DNA of 64,000 nt from an uncultured delta proteobacterium (GTDB lineage Bacteria; Desulfobacterota; RBG-13-43-22), in NCBI GenBank assembly GCA_963843145.1, contig CAWJJC010000020.1:160001-224000 (forward strand), in the 5' to 3' direction. Under the pieces are notes generated by a model that did no database searches, was not told where the DNA came from, and worked only from the letters and a program-made list of their open reading frames with translations. Shown piece after piece: positions 55,082 to 64,000 of the stretch. Numbering within the stretch: position 1 is the stretch's first letter; the number at the start of each line of letters is the position of its first letter. Both the position numbers and the translations under genes were made by a program.

Positions 55082-56410
55082 CTATCTCAACTCGTATTGG
55101 CCGGTGGCGCGCTTGAATTGGGCCAGGGCGAGCTGGTAATCCCATTCGGCTTCCACTCGGGTGGCCTGGGCCCGGGCCAGCGCGGTCTGGGCGTCCAGGA
55201 GTTCGGTGATTGTCCCGGCCCCGGCCTCGTAGCGCTCCCGGGACAATCGCTGGCTCTCCCGGGCATCCTGAACCAGGGTTTGGGTAGTCTCCAGGGTCTG
55301 GAACACTTCGGTCAGCCTGGAAAAGGCATTCCAGACTTCCTGCCGGACGGCCAACTTCAAACGTTCCGCCTCGGCCTCCTCCTTCGATAATTCCGCCTTG
55401 ACCCGGGCCAAGCGATGTTTCCGGGCAAAGCCGGTAAACAAAGTCCATTCGAGGGTGACCCCCACCGCCCAATCCTCGTCCTGAGGAAGAAAATCGCTAT
55501 CCCGCCACCCGTAGCTGCCCTCCGCCCTGAGCCTTGGACCGTAGGCGCTCCGGGCCGCCTGGATATTGCTTTGGGAGACTTCAATTTTTTTCAGGGCGGC
55601 CTTTATTTCCGGCCGGGATTGAGCAGCCTGGTCCAACGACAGGGACAGGTCGATCTGGTCCGGCCGGGTCGGGGGTTGCGCAGAGGACGTCACCTCCACC
55701 GGTTTTTCCGGCGGCCGTCCCATAGACAAGTTTAAATTACCCCGGGCCAGACGAACGAGATTTTCAGCCCGGACCACCGCCAACTGGGCATTGGAGACCT
55801 CCACCTGCGCCCGCAGCACGTCGGCCTTCGGTACCGCCCCGGCTTCTTTTCGCAGGTGGGTCAAGCGCAGGTGATCCCGACTACGCTCCAGATTTTGCTC
55901 GGCCACCCCCCGGGCTTCCAGGGCCGAGGTCAAGCCATAGAAGCCATAATAAACGCTTAAAATAATATCCTGGCGGACTCTGGCCTGCTCCTCCCGCGCC
56001 AAACCCTGCCGGGCTTTGGCCACTTGCAGTTGGGCCTGCCTCTCACCGAAATCATATAAGGTATAGCGGGCCCGTAGTCCGGCCAGCCAATCGTCTGTCG
56101 GCCCGACCACTTGGGTCGTCCCGGAGGGAATACGGACGAAATCGGGAAGAAAGGCGTGGGTCTGCCAGCGCCGATAGCCGGTTTGCAGCCCCACTTCCGG
56201 GTAATAGGGGGCCCCCGCCTCGCCCACCGCTTCCTTCGCCCCTTGCATCCCGGCCGCGGCCGCCCGCCCGGCCGGGTTGTCTTCCAGGGCGATCCGGAGG
56301 CATTCCGCCAGCGTCAAGGGCCGGTTGGCAGGTACGGAGTCAGCCGCCGCAACGGAATGAGCGATCAGCAGGAAAATAAATAGCCCCAACCCGCATCTGA
56401 TTTTTACCAT
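55082..56410 (-). CDS. TolC-family outer membrane efflux protein
   Basis: Signal peptide, LTLAECLRIAL..NP, two OEP repeats, RYEAGAGTITELLDAQ. Confidence 0.9.
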   Translation of the reverse strand: MVKIRCGLGLFIFLLIAHSVAAADSVPANRPLTLAECLRIALEDNPAGRAAAAGMQGAKEAVGEAGAPYYPEVGLQTGYRRWQTHAFLPDFVRIPSGTTQVVGPTDDWLAGLRARYTLYDFGERQAQLQVAKARQGLAREEQARVRQDIILSVYYGFYGLTSALEARGVAEQNLERSRDHLRLTHLRKEAGAVPKADVLRAQVEVSNAQLAVVRAENLVRLARGNLNLSMGRPPEKPVEVTSSAQPPTRPDQIDLSLSLDQAAQSRPEIKAALKKIEVSQSNIQAARSAYGPRLRAEGSYGWRDSDFLPQDEDWAVGVTLEWTLFTGFARKHRLARVKAELSKEEAEAERLKLAVRQEVWNAFSRLTEVFQTLETTQTLVQDARESQRLSRERYEAGAGTITELLDAQTALARAQATRVEAEWDYQLALAQFKRATGQYELR

Positions 56411-56473
56411 GAGATTTACTCCTTCAAAAATCAACCAAATCGACAATTTTTGTTTTAATCCTTTGGATTCGGA

Positions 56474-57604
56474 TCAGGCCAGGGTCTTTCGAAACCGCCT
56501 CGAGGCCAACCACAAAATCAGCAGGCCCATGACCGCCAGGGCCGCCATTTGCGGCCAAAGAATAGTCATCCCCACTCCCTTTAAAAAGATTCCCCGGATA
56601 ATGATCAAAAAATAGCGTAAGGGATTAAGATACGTGAGCCACTGGACGACTTCCGGCATATTGGCTATGGGAAAGACGAAACCGGAAAGCAGCACCGCCG
56701 GAAATTGAAAAAAGAAGGCGCTCATCATGGCCTGCTGCTGGGTCCGGCTGACCGTGGAGATGAAGAGGCCCATGCCCAGCGTAGTCATCAAGTAGAGGCA
56801 GGTGGCCAGCAGAAGCAGCCCCAGACTTCCTTGAATAGGCACTTGAAACCAAAAAACGCCGACCAGGGTAATCAGGATGACATCCACCAAACTGATCAGC
56901 GCAAAGGGCAGGGTTTTCCCCAGGATAAATTCTTTGGGGGTGATGGGGGTGACCATGATTTGTTCCATGGTCCCGATCTCTTTCTCCCGGACCACGGCCA
57001 TACTGGTCAAGAGAAGCGTAATCAGCATGACCAGCAGGGCGATAACGCCGGGGACGTAATAATTTCGGCTCTCCAGGTTTTCATTGAACCAGGCCCGGGT
57101 CTCCAGGTCCACCGGACTCAACGCCTGACCCGACCCGCGAAGCAGTGACAACCGTTGCACCAAAATATCCTGAGCATAACGGGAAACGATTTTGCCGCTG
57201 TAGTTCAGAACAATCGCGGCCGTGTTGGAATCCGTCCCATCCACAATCAATTGAATGAGGCCCTTCCGGCCGGCATTCAGGTTCTCCTCAAAGCCCTTAT
57301 TTAGACGGATCACGGCTTGAACCTTCCCGTGGTCCACCAAACTCCGGACCTGCTCCTCCCGGTTTATAATGGCTTCGATTTCAAAATATCCGGTGTGGAC
57401 GAAGCGGGAGACCACCTCCCGACTGGCCACGCTGTTGTCCAGATCATAGATGCCGGTGGCCACCTGCTTGACATCGGTGGTAACGGCATAACCAAAAATG
57501 ACCATCTGAAATATGGGCATGATGAAGACGATGCCCCGGGACCTGGGATCCCGGAAGATCTGGATGAATTCCTTGATCAGTATCTGTTTAAGCCGTTCCA
57601 ACAT
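56474..57604 (-). CDS. ABC-2 permease (YbhR-like)
   Basis: KEFIQIFRD, DGTDSN, REKEIGTMEQ, LSGFVFPI.NMP. Confidence 0.9.
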   Translation of the reverse strand: MLERLKQILIKEFIQIFRDPRSRGIVFIMPIFQMVIFGYAVTTDVKQVATGIYDLDNSVASREVVSRFVHTGYFEIEAIINREEQVRSLVDHGKVQAVIRLNKGFEENLNAGRKGLIQLIVDGTDSNTAAIVLNYSGKIVSRYAQDILVQRLSLLRGSGQALSPVDLETRAWFNENLESRNYYVPGVIALLVMLITLLLTSMAVVREKEIGTMEQIMVTPITPKEFILGKTLPFALISLVDVILITLVGVFWFQVPIQGSLGLLLLATCLYLMTTLGMGLFISTVSRTQQQAMMSAFFFQFPAVLLSGFVFPIANMPEVVQWLTYLNPLRYFLIIIRGIFLKGVGMTILWPQMAALAVMGLLILWLASRRFRKTLA

Positions 57605-57614
57605 AATAATCTGT

Positions 57615-58748
57615 TCAGGTCAACTTTTTCTTGAATTTCCTGTTCGCCAAAACAAACATGACCAGGCCAAAAACGGCCAAAAAGATCCCCTCCACATACA
57701 AAACCCTCGGACCGACCCCCTTCAAGTAAATCCCCTTGAGCAGGATGACGAAATACTTGGCCGGGACCAGGTAGGTGATCCATTGAAGTACCGGGGGCAT
57801 ACTGCGGATCGGGTAGGCAAACCCCGAGAGCAGAAAGGCCGGCAAAAAAGTGGTCACCATGGCCAACTGGCTGGCCAGAAGCTGGCTCTTGGTGACAATG
57901 CTGATCAACATGCCGAGAGACAGGGTTCCGATCAGAAAGATGGCGGCTTGGACAAAAATCAGGACCACACTGCCTCTCAAAGGCACATGGAAGAGGAACT
58001 CCCCCATCAGCACCGCCAGAAAAACATCACACATGCCGATGGTGAAGTAGGGGATCAGTTTCCCGATAATTAACTCCGAGGGCTTGACCGGGGTGGCGAT
58101 GAGCTGCTCCATGGTCCCCTGTTCCCATTCCCGGGCCACCGTGAGCGAGGTCAGCAAGGCCGCGATGACCATCATAATGACCGCGATCAGACCCGGAATG
58201 ATATAATTTCGGGATTCCAGGTCGGCGTTAAACCAGACCCGAGGCCGCAATTCAACCGGGGCGGCGAGAGGCCCTCCCCCCGACCTTCGAAACTCCTGCA
58301 ACAGCAGATCCTGGGAGAAGGCTGCGACGATCACCTCGGCATACCCGCCGGCGATGGTCGCGGTGTTCGAATCGCTGCCGTCCAGGATCATCTGGACCGT
58401 GGTCGTCTTTCCCGCAGCGATCCGGCCGGCGAAATCGGAAGGAATCACCAGGAAAACCAGGGCCCGGCGGGAATCAATGGACTTCTCCGCCTCCGTATAA
58501 TTATCTACATACCCCTGTAGCGAAAAATAACGGGACCCCAGAAAATGATCGATAAACTCCCGGCTGGCCTGAGAACGGTTTTGATCCCAGATGACCAGGG
58601 GAACGTTATCCACGTCCAAGGTCAGGGCATAACCGAAGAGCAGCAGCATGATCATGGGAATGGCGATCCCCATGCCCAGGCTCCGGGGGTCGCGAAAAAT
58701 ATGGATGAACTCCTTGCGGGCCATGGCCCGGATGCGGAGCAACCTCAT
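57615..58748 (-). CDS. ABC-2 permease (YbhS-like)
   Basis: KEFIHIFRD, DGSDSN, AREWEQGTMEQL. Confidence 0.9.
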   Translation of the reverse strand: MRLLRIRAMARKEFIHIFRDPRSLGMGIAIPMIMLLLFGYALTLDVDNVPLVIWDQNRSQASREFIDHFLGSRYFSLQGYVDNYTEAEKSIDSRRALVFLVIPSDFAGRIAAGKTTTVQMILDGSDSNTATIAGGYAEVIVAAFSQDLLLQEFRRSGGGPLAAPVELRPRVWFNADLESRNYIIPGLIAVIMMVIAALLTSLTVAREWEQGTMEQLIATPVKPSELIIGKLIPYFTIGMCDVFLAVLMGEFLFHVPLRGSVVLIFVQAAIFLIGTLSLGMLISIVTKSQLLASQLAMVTTFLPAFLLSGFAYPIRSMPPVLQWITYLVPAKYFVILLKGIYLKGVGPRVLYVEGIFLAVFGLVMFVLANRKFKKKLT

Positions 58749-59719
58749 TTTCGAACCTCGGCTTGCGCCTCTTCCACTCTATCCCGGGCCTCGATCAAAG
58801 AAACGAAAACATCTTCCAGCGAAGGGACAATTTTTTCAATCGCGATGACTCGATGGCCATGATCGATGAGACGCCGGCGGATGATTTTTTGAAAGGTCTC
58901 GGCCTGTTCCACTACCGCGTGCAATCCTTTGCCGAAAAGGGCCACTTCTTTCACCCCGGGAATATTTTCGATGAGTTCCCTGGCTTCCTGGGGTCGATCG
59001 CAGACACACTCCAGGACGTCCTCCCGCATCCATTCCGTCTTGAGCGCTTCCGGTGTCCCCAAGGCGATCAGCTCCCCCCGGTAAATCAGACCGATACGGT
59101 CGCAGTACTCCGCTTCGTCCATGTAATGCGTGGTCACAAAAATCGTCACCCCTTTGCCGGAAAGCTCATAGATCAAATCCCAGAACCGGCGCCGGCTGAT
59201 GGGATCCACCCCGGAGGTGGGTTCATCCAAAAAAATGATCGGGGGTTCATGGAGGATGGCGCAGCCCAGGGCCAGGCGCTGCTTCCAGCCTCCGGCCAGC
59301 AGGGAGGTTCGGGTGGCGCGGCGTTCTCCCAGGCCGGCCATCTGGATCACCCATTCCTTACGTTCCTTTTTTTTCTCCTCGCCGATATTGTAGATGCCGC
59401 TATAAAAATTGATATTTTCCTCCACGGTCAGATCTTCGTAGAGGGAAAACTTCTGGCTCATATAGCCGATATGGGCCTTGATCTTTTCCGCCTCCTTCAC
59501 GATATCGAACCCGGCCACGGTCCCGGTTCCCCCGCTGGGAGCCAGGATGCCGCAGAGGATGCGGATGGTGGTTGATTTACCGGCTCCATTGGGCCCCAGA
59601 AAGCCGAAAATTTCTCCCTTTTCCACGTCAAAACTGACGCGGTTGACGGCCACAAAGTTGCCGAAGCGCCTTTCCAGTTCCTTGACCACCACGGCCTTTT
59701 CGCCTTCAGCGCTGGCCAT
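58745..59719 (-). CDS. ABC transporter ATP-binding protein (like the second half of YbhF)
   Basis: GPNGAGKST, LAGGWKQRL, LDEPTSG, TTH. Confidence 0.9.
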   Translation of the reverse strand: MASAEGEKAVVVKELERRFGNFVAVNRVSFDVEKGEIFGFLGPNGAGKSTTIRILCGILAPSGGTGTVAGFDIVKEAEKIKAHIGYMSQKFSLYEDLTVEENINFYSGIYNIGEEKKKERKEWVIQMAGLGERRATRTSLLAGGWKQRLALGCAILHEPPIIFLDEPTSGVDPISRRRFWDLIYELSGKGVTIFVTTHYMDEAEYCDRIGLIYRGELIALGTPEALKTEWMREDVLECVCDRPQEARELIENIPGVKEVALFGKGLHAVVEQAETFQKIIRRRLIDHGHRVIAIEKIVPSLEDVFVSLIEARDRVEEAQAEVRK

Positions 59720-60647
59720 GGGATGACTCCTCTTTTCCCTCGGCCACCACGGAGATGAAGACATCCTCGAGAGACGGGTCAATGGGGCGGATCCCCAAAA
59801 CCTGCATCCCCGCCTCGACCACGATCTTTTGTGCCTTTTCGGAATCCCGGTCCGGTTCCCGGGTCAGCAGATGGACCCGATCTCCGAATAAACCGACCGT
59901 ATCGGAATCGTAGTGCTCCCTCAACAGGGCCGTGGTCCGCCGGGGATGACTGGATCGGATTTCCAAAATCGTCCCATTCATTAATTGCTTCACCTCTTCC
60001 GGAGAACCCAGGGCTACTAGACGGCCATTGTGCATCAGCCCTATCCGGTTGCACCGTTCGGCTTCATCCAGATAGGCGGTGGAAACAAAAATGGTCACTT
60101 TTTCTTTAAGCAACTGGTAGAGGATACGCCAAAAATCACGGCGGGAAACGGGATCCACCCCATTGGTCGGCTCATCCAGAAAGAGCACCTTGGGGGTGTG
60201 GATCAAGGTGCAAGCCAGCCCCAGCTTTTGCTTCATCCCGCCGGAGAGATTTCCGGCCAGCCGCTTTTTAAAGGGGGTTAGATTGCTGAATCCCAGGAGG
60301 CGGTTGACTATTTCTTCCCGGCCCTTTCGGGGCACGCCGTAAATATCGGCATAGAATTGAATATTTTCCATAACCGTCAGGTCGGGATAGAGGCCGAAGC
60401 GTTGGCTCATATAACCAATAGCCTCTTTAACAGCCTCCTCTTTAACAATAGGGTAGCCGGCCACCCAGGCCTCTCCCGAAGTGGGCTCTAAAATGGAGGT
60501 CAGGAGACGCATGGTGGTCGTCTTTCCAGCCCCATCCGGCCCCACCAGGCCGAAGATTTCCCCCTCGGATACCGAAAGCGTCAACCCGTCTACGGCGGTA
60601 AAGTCGTTAAAGGTCTTGGTCAGCTTTTCCGTTCGAATGGCATCCAT
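59706..60647 (-). CDS. ABC transporter ATP-binding protein (like the first half of YbhF)
   Basis: GPDGAGKTT, LSGGMKQKL, LDEPTNG. Confidence 0.9.
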   Translation of the reverse strand: MDAIRTEKLTKTFNDFTAVDGLTLSVSEGEIFGLVGPDGAGKTTTMRLLTSILEPTSGEAWVAGYPIVKEEAVKEAIGYMSQRFGLYPDLTVMENIQFYADIYGVPRKGREEIVNRLLGFSNLTPFKKRLAGNLSGGMKQKLGLACTLIHTPKVLFLDEPTNGVDPVSRRDFWRILYQLLKEKVTIFVSTAYLDEAERCNRIGLMHNGRLVALGSPEEVKQLMNGTILEIRSSHPRRTTALLREHYDSDTVGLFGDRVHLLTREPDRDSEKAQKIVVEAGMQVLGIRPIDPSLEDVFISVVAEGKEESSHGQR

Positions 60648-60672
60648 TTAGAAATGTGCCCATAGTCAATCG

Positions 60673-61659
60673 TCATTGGCTCAATAGTATTTCCCCATCC
60701 GCCGGCATACCCGGCTTCAGTTCCATTTGGGGATTGGGAATCTCCACCTTGATCCGGTAGACCAGCTTCACCCGTTCCTTCTGGGTCTGGATGTTCTTCG
60801 GCGTGAACTCCGCCTGGGGGGCCAGGAAGGAGATGCGCCCCTCGTAGTGCTTTCCGGGGAAAGTATCCGTGGTCACCTGGACCTTTTGCCCGATCTTGAC
60901 CCGCCCCAGGTCGGTTTCATTGATGTAGGCCCGAAGAAAAACCTGACTGACCTCACCCACGGTAACCACCGGGGTTCCGGGAGAAACGTATTCACCCGGT
61001 TCGATGTTCTTGGAAAGGACCATCCCGGTGAGCGGTGAAACGGCCACGGTGTAATCCAGGCGCGTTTGCGCCTGGGCCAGGACCTGTTCCGCGGCGTGGA
61101 GAGACGCCCGGGCCTGGTCGATCTTTTCCTGTCGGGGGCCCTTTTTGACCAGGGTCAGGTACTCCCGGGATTCGCGAACCTTGGCCTCGGCACCCTCACG
61201 GGTGGTCCTGGCCAGGTCATACTCCCGGGTCGAGATCACCTCCCGCTGGTAGAGCCTTTTCTGTCGTTCGAATTCATCCTGAGCCCGCTCCCGATCGGCC
61301 TGGGCCCGCTCCAGAAGGGCCTGGGCCTGAGCGATTTCTTCGGTCCGGGAGCCGGCCTGCAATTCCGCCAAAGCGGCCCTGGCGGAACCCACCTGGGCTT
61401 GACGCAGCGCCTTTTCCTGGCTCAGCTCCAGGCGGTCCAGCCGGGCCACCACCTGTCCGGTCGTAACGCGTTCCCCTTCATCGACCAGTCGTTCCACCAC
61501 CTTACCCGGGATCTTGAAGCTTACCTCGGCTTCGGTAATTTCGATATTTCCGGATACCCGGATCCGGTCGGAATGAACCGGGGAACGGGTGCGAAAATAC
61601 AAAAAAACGGCGACTAAAGCCGCCAAAATTAAGATGACGAGAACTATTTTTTTCTTCAT
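60673..61659 (-). CDS. HlyD-family periplasmic adaptor (YbhG-like)
   Basis: SGNIE, lipoyl halves, AEFTPKNIQT..ERVKLVY, LKPGMP. Confidence 0.9.
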   Translation of the reverse strand: MKKKIVLVILILAALVAVFLYFRTRSPVHSDRIRVSGNIEITEAEVSFKIPGKVVERLVDEGERVTTGQVVARLDRLELSQEKALRQAQVGSARAALAELQAGSRTEEIAQAQALLERAQADRERAQDEFERQKRLYQREVISTREYDLARTTREGAEAKVRESREYLTLVKKGPRQEKIDQARASLHAAEQVLAQAQTRLDYTVAVSPLTGMVLSKNIEPGEYVSPGTPVVTVGEVSQVFLRAYINETDLGRVKIGQKVQVTTDTFPGKHYEGRISFLAPQAEFTPKNIQTQKERVKLVYRIKVEIPNPQMELKPGMPADGEILLSQ

Positions 61660-62327
61660 TTCCAACACCCCCGGTATTTACCTAGTTGTTTTTTAACAAC
61701 ATTATTTCCCTGGGAGGGGAGCGGCTGTTCCCCTTTAATGGCTTCCTGGAATATCGGCCAGATCCGGTGGATATGCCGGTCGACATCGTAGCGGCCGTCG
61801 CTCAAATACGATAATACGGCGGCGGGCTGAAACAGTCCCAGGAAGAGGACCGACACCATTTCCGGTTCAACATTTTTCCGGATCTGGCCGTTTTCTTGCC
61901 CCACCCGGACCATGGCCTCCACTCTGGAGAGAAAGGTTTTGACCAAACGATAAACCTTTTTTTTTCGGTCCGAACGGCCGGCATAAGCATCTTCGGAGAA
62001 GATGATCCGGGGGATGGCCTGGTTGTCCCTGATCATCTCCAGATGGCGCACCAACAGCAGTCTAAGCCGCTCCAACGGATCCTCGGTTTCTTTACAGACG
62101 GCGTCCACATTGTCCAGAAGTCGGCGGCGGATGATTTTCAGGGCCGCGTCCACCATCTCCTCTTTGCCCTTGAAGTGCCGGTAGAGCGCGGAGGGCACCA
62201 GGCCGATCTGGCGGGCCACGGCGGCGACACTCAACCCCTTGAGCCCTTGATCGGCCACCAGGCGCACTATGGCCTGGGCAATTTGGTCCTTCCGGATTTG
62301 GGTTTTGACTTTTTCGGCGCCCATCAT
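61656..62327 (-). CDS. TetR/AcrR family transcriptional regulator
   Basis: HTH SVAAVARQIGLVPSALYRHFKGKEE; stop overlaps the hlyD-like start. Confidence 0.92.
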   Translation of the reverse strand: MMGAEKVKTQIRKDQIAQAIVRLVADQGLKGLSVAAVARQIGLVPSALYRHFKGKEEMVDAALKIIRRRLLDNVDAVCKETEDPLERLRLLLVRHLEMIRDNQAIPRIIFSEDAYAGRSDRKKKVYRLVKTFLSRVEAMVRVGQENGQIRKNVEPEMVSVLFLGLFQPAAVLSYLSDGRYDVDRHIHRIWPIFQEAIKGEQPLPSQGNNVVKKQLGKYRGCWK

Positions 62328-62335
62328 GGACCTTA

Positions 62336-62385
62336 ATGTGAATTAATATTCACATATAATATAGGAGGCCAAATTTTACTGTCAA
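62336..62385 (-). promoter_or_regulatory. TetR operator palindrome and sigma70 promoter
   Basis: ATGTGAAT-TAAT-ATTCACAT (62336-62355) lies just downstream of minus-strand TTGACA (62380-62385) and an AT-rich -10. Confidence 0.7.
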
Positions 62386-62556
62386 GAAAAACTTTTGATG
62401 CCCCTGGGATCAATCCCTGATGGGTAGATTATGACTCCTCTGGGAAGTGTTACCGGAAAGGAGATTCGGTCGGGAGAACGGTGATTCCAGTAGGGATTCA
62501 AAAAGAACGGGTATTGGGACGGCTTTTGGATAGGAACAACAAGGATGATTTTTGAA

Positions 62557-62706
62557 TCAGGAGATGAAAAAATTAGCCAGGATCGGTTGGAACATCCCGG
62601 TTTGAAAATAGTGCCCATAAGGGATGCACTTGGACAGCAGCAGGAAGGAGATATCCGCGCCCAAATCCTTTTCCCCTTCCAAGGTGTCGAAATTGCCGCC
62701 GCCCTT
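62557..62706 (-). pseudogene. C-terminal fragment resembling DUF89/ARMT1-like damage-control phosphatase
   Basis: A startless frame reads KGGGNFDTLEGEKDLGADISFLLLSKCIPY..., similar to the KGxGNYETL...FLLxxKC end of DUF89 proteins. Confidence 0.4.
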
Positions 62707-62796
62707 AGGATCTGGTTGGCTTCTTCCTGAAATCCTCAGCTTGCCATTCTTGAAAAAAGTCCAAGGTTCAAAGGGATAGTTAGGTTAAAGGAAAAT

Positions 62797-63999
62797 TTAG
62801 GGAAGGGGAAGGTCTGGTCTTTTGGTGAGGTAGCGGTATAACACCTCGGCCATGATTTGGTGGGTCTTGGGGTTGGGGTGAGCGTCAAAAGAACTGGTAT
62901 GGGTATTAATGTCTTTCAAATAAGGGAGCAGATCTATGACCTCCAAACCATAATCAACGGATAACTGAACACAGTCGAACCCGAAGTCTCCCTGCCCTAA
63001 GTAATCCGCTTGAAATCGAATATTATCCTGAACTACCTGCTCCGAGGAAAAGGGCAGCTTAACTTCCTCCCAAACTCCCTCTTTAACGAAATCTTTCTGG
63101 CCCAAGATTTTTTGACCCAACAAACGATCCCCGGAAACAACTTTTAATTTGATGCCTCCCTTTTTATCGAGCCGACTTCCTTTGAGACGAAATAGGACCC
63201 GATGGTTGCCCCTTTCCAAGTAGATCGGGGGTGTTGAAAAAACAATCCCCACCGGGGTCTTCCCTTGGGTAACATAGAGTGACCTACCCAGGTAAGAACC
63301 AGCGTCGCCGACCTCCTCCCCTACCCCTTTATCGGACCAGACGGCTGGAATAGTTAACCTATTCGCTTCGGACAATTTGGCCACCCGATCATTGATCGGC
63401 TTAAAAGGATATTCGCCTTTGTAGGGCAGGGAGGGATAGAGCATTAAAATCCTTCGGGGGGCATAAGCCTTGGCCAAGGTGGCCCAATTATGAAATTCCA
63501 GACGAAAGAGATGCCAATCGGGGGTTTTCTCCGCATAGTTTTTTATAATGTATTGCGCGTAGGTCCGGTTGGAAGGGGGAACTAAATTTTCTAATTTTTT
63601 ATCCAGGAAATTATAAAGATAAGAATATTTCATTAAAGTTCCGTGAAAAAAGAAGGTTCTCCAGAATAAGAATCTGTTGACCGGTCGGCCTTCTTTATGT
63701 ATTTCAAGGTCATTAATATACCATTCATAAATAATTACATCAGGGTGCAGGCGATCTCCATTCAGAGACAGTTGGTAGCGATGGGAATCTATTTCCCAAC
63801 CCGCCTCCGCCAACACTTCCATATCATAGGCACTCCCATTTTGGTTAAGCAGGCCAAGGAGCCTATAGGGGTAGAGATCCTTCCAATCCCTCACCCCTGC
63901 CCCGAAGGTTATAGAATCCCCTTGTATCAATATTCTGCTAACACCAGGTACTTTGGGAGTTTTGACTATTGGCCCCCTTTTCCCTTCTTTGGAAAAGAG
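62797..63999 (-). CDS. SGNH/GDSL hydrolase family protein with an inserted beta-sandwich domain; 5' end lies outside the window
   Basis: ILIQGDSITFG, INDL, FDAHPN; frame open to the window edge; visibly AT-richer than the core. Confidence 0.8.
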   Translation of the reverse strand, partial: LFSKEGKRGPIVKTPKVPGVSRILIQGDSITFGAGVRDWKDLYPYRLLGLLNQNGSAYDMEVLAEAGWEIDSHRYQLSLNGDRLHPDVIIYEWYINDLEIHKEGRPVNRFLFWRTFFFHGTLMKYSYLYNFLDKKLENLVPPSNRTYAQYIIKNYAEKTPDWHLFRLEFHNWATLAKAYAPRRILMLYPSLPYKGEYPFKPINDRVAKLSEANRLTIPAVWSDKGVGEEVGDAGSYLGRSLYVTQGKTPVGIVFSTPPIYLERGNHRVLFRLKGSRLDKKGGIKLKVVSGDRLLGQKILGQKDFVKEGVWEEVKLPFSSEQVVQDNIRFQADYLGQGDFGFDCVQLSVDYGLEVIDLLPYLKDINTHTSSFDAHPNPKTHQIMAEVLYRYLTKRPDLPLP

Positions 64000-64000
64000 A

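Overview
Gene-dense bacterial window, most likely Desulfobacterota (Deltaproteobacteria; inferred from protein types such as fused NuoBCD and the signalling domains). Its core is a ~40 kb co-oriented minus-strand respiratory block: qNOR, DUF488, gnd-zwf-tal running directly (ATGA overlap) into a complete nuoA-BCD-E-N complex I operon, an alternative complex III (actBCDFA...E) merged with a cbb3-type oxidase lacking a normal CcoP (ccoN, ccoO, ccoS, ccoI), and glycogen phosphorylase. NuoF has a remodelled nucleotide site (YICGETKGL instead of YICGEETAL), compatible with NADPH oxidation. Beside it is a cluster that mixes quinone-biosynthesis-type genes (UbiB kinase, UbiE, second methyltransferase, UbiA prenyltransferase, SRPBCC protein) with myo-inositol-1-phosphate synthase, a sugar-phosphate TIM-barrel enzyme and two DUF2231-heme fusion proteins; this may be an undescribed inositol-derived quinone or prenyl-cyclitol pathway. 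The flanks hold a PAS/GAF diguanylate cyclase, an M48-TPR protease, a TetR-controlled YbhGFSR/TolC-type ABC efflux operon and an SGNH hydrolase. There are several palindromic intergenic repeats and five single-base frameshifts that look like assembly errors. No rRNA, tRNA, CRISPR array or transposase was seen. All family assignments come from motif recognition by eye, not from database searches.
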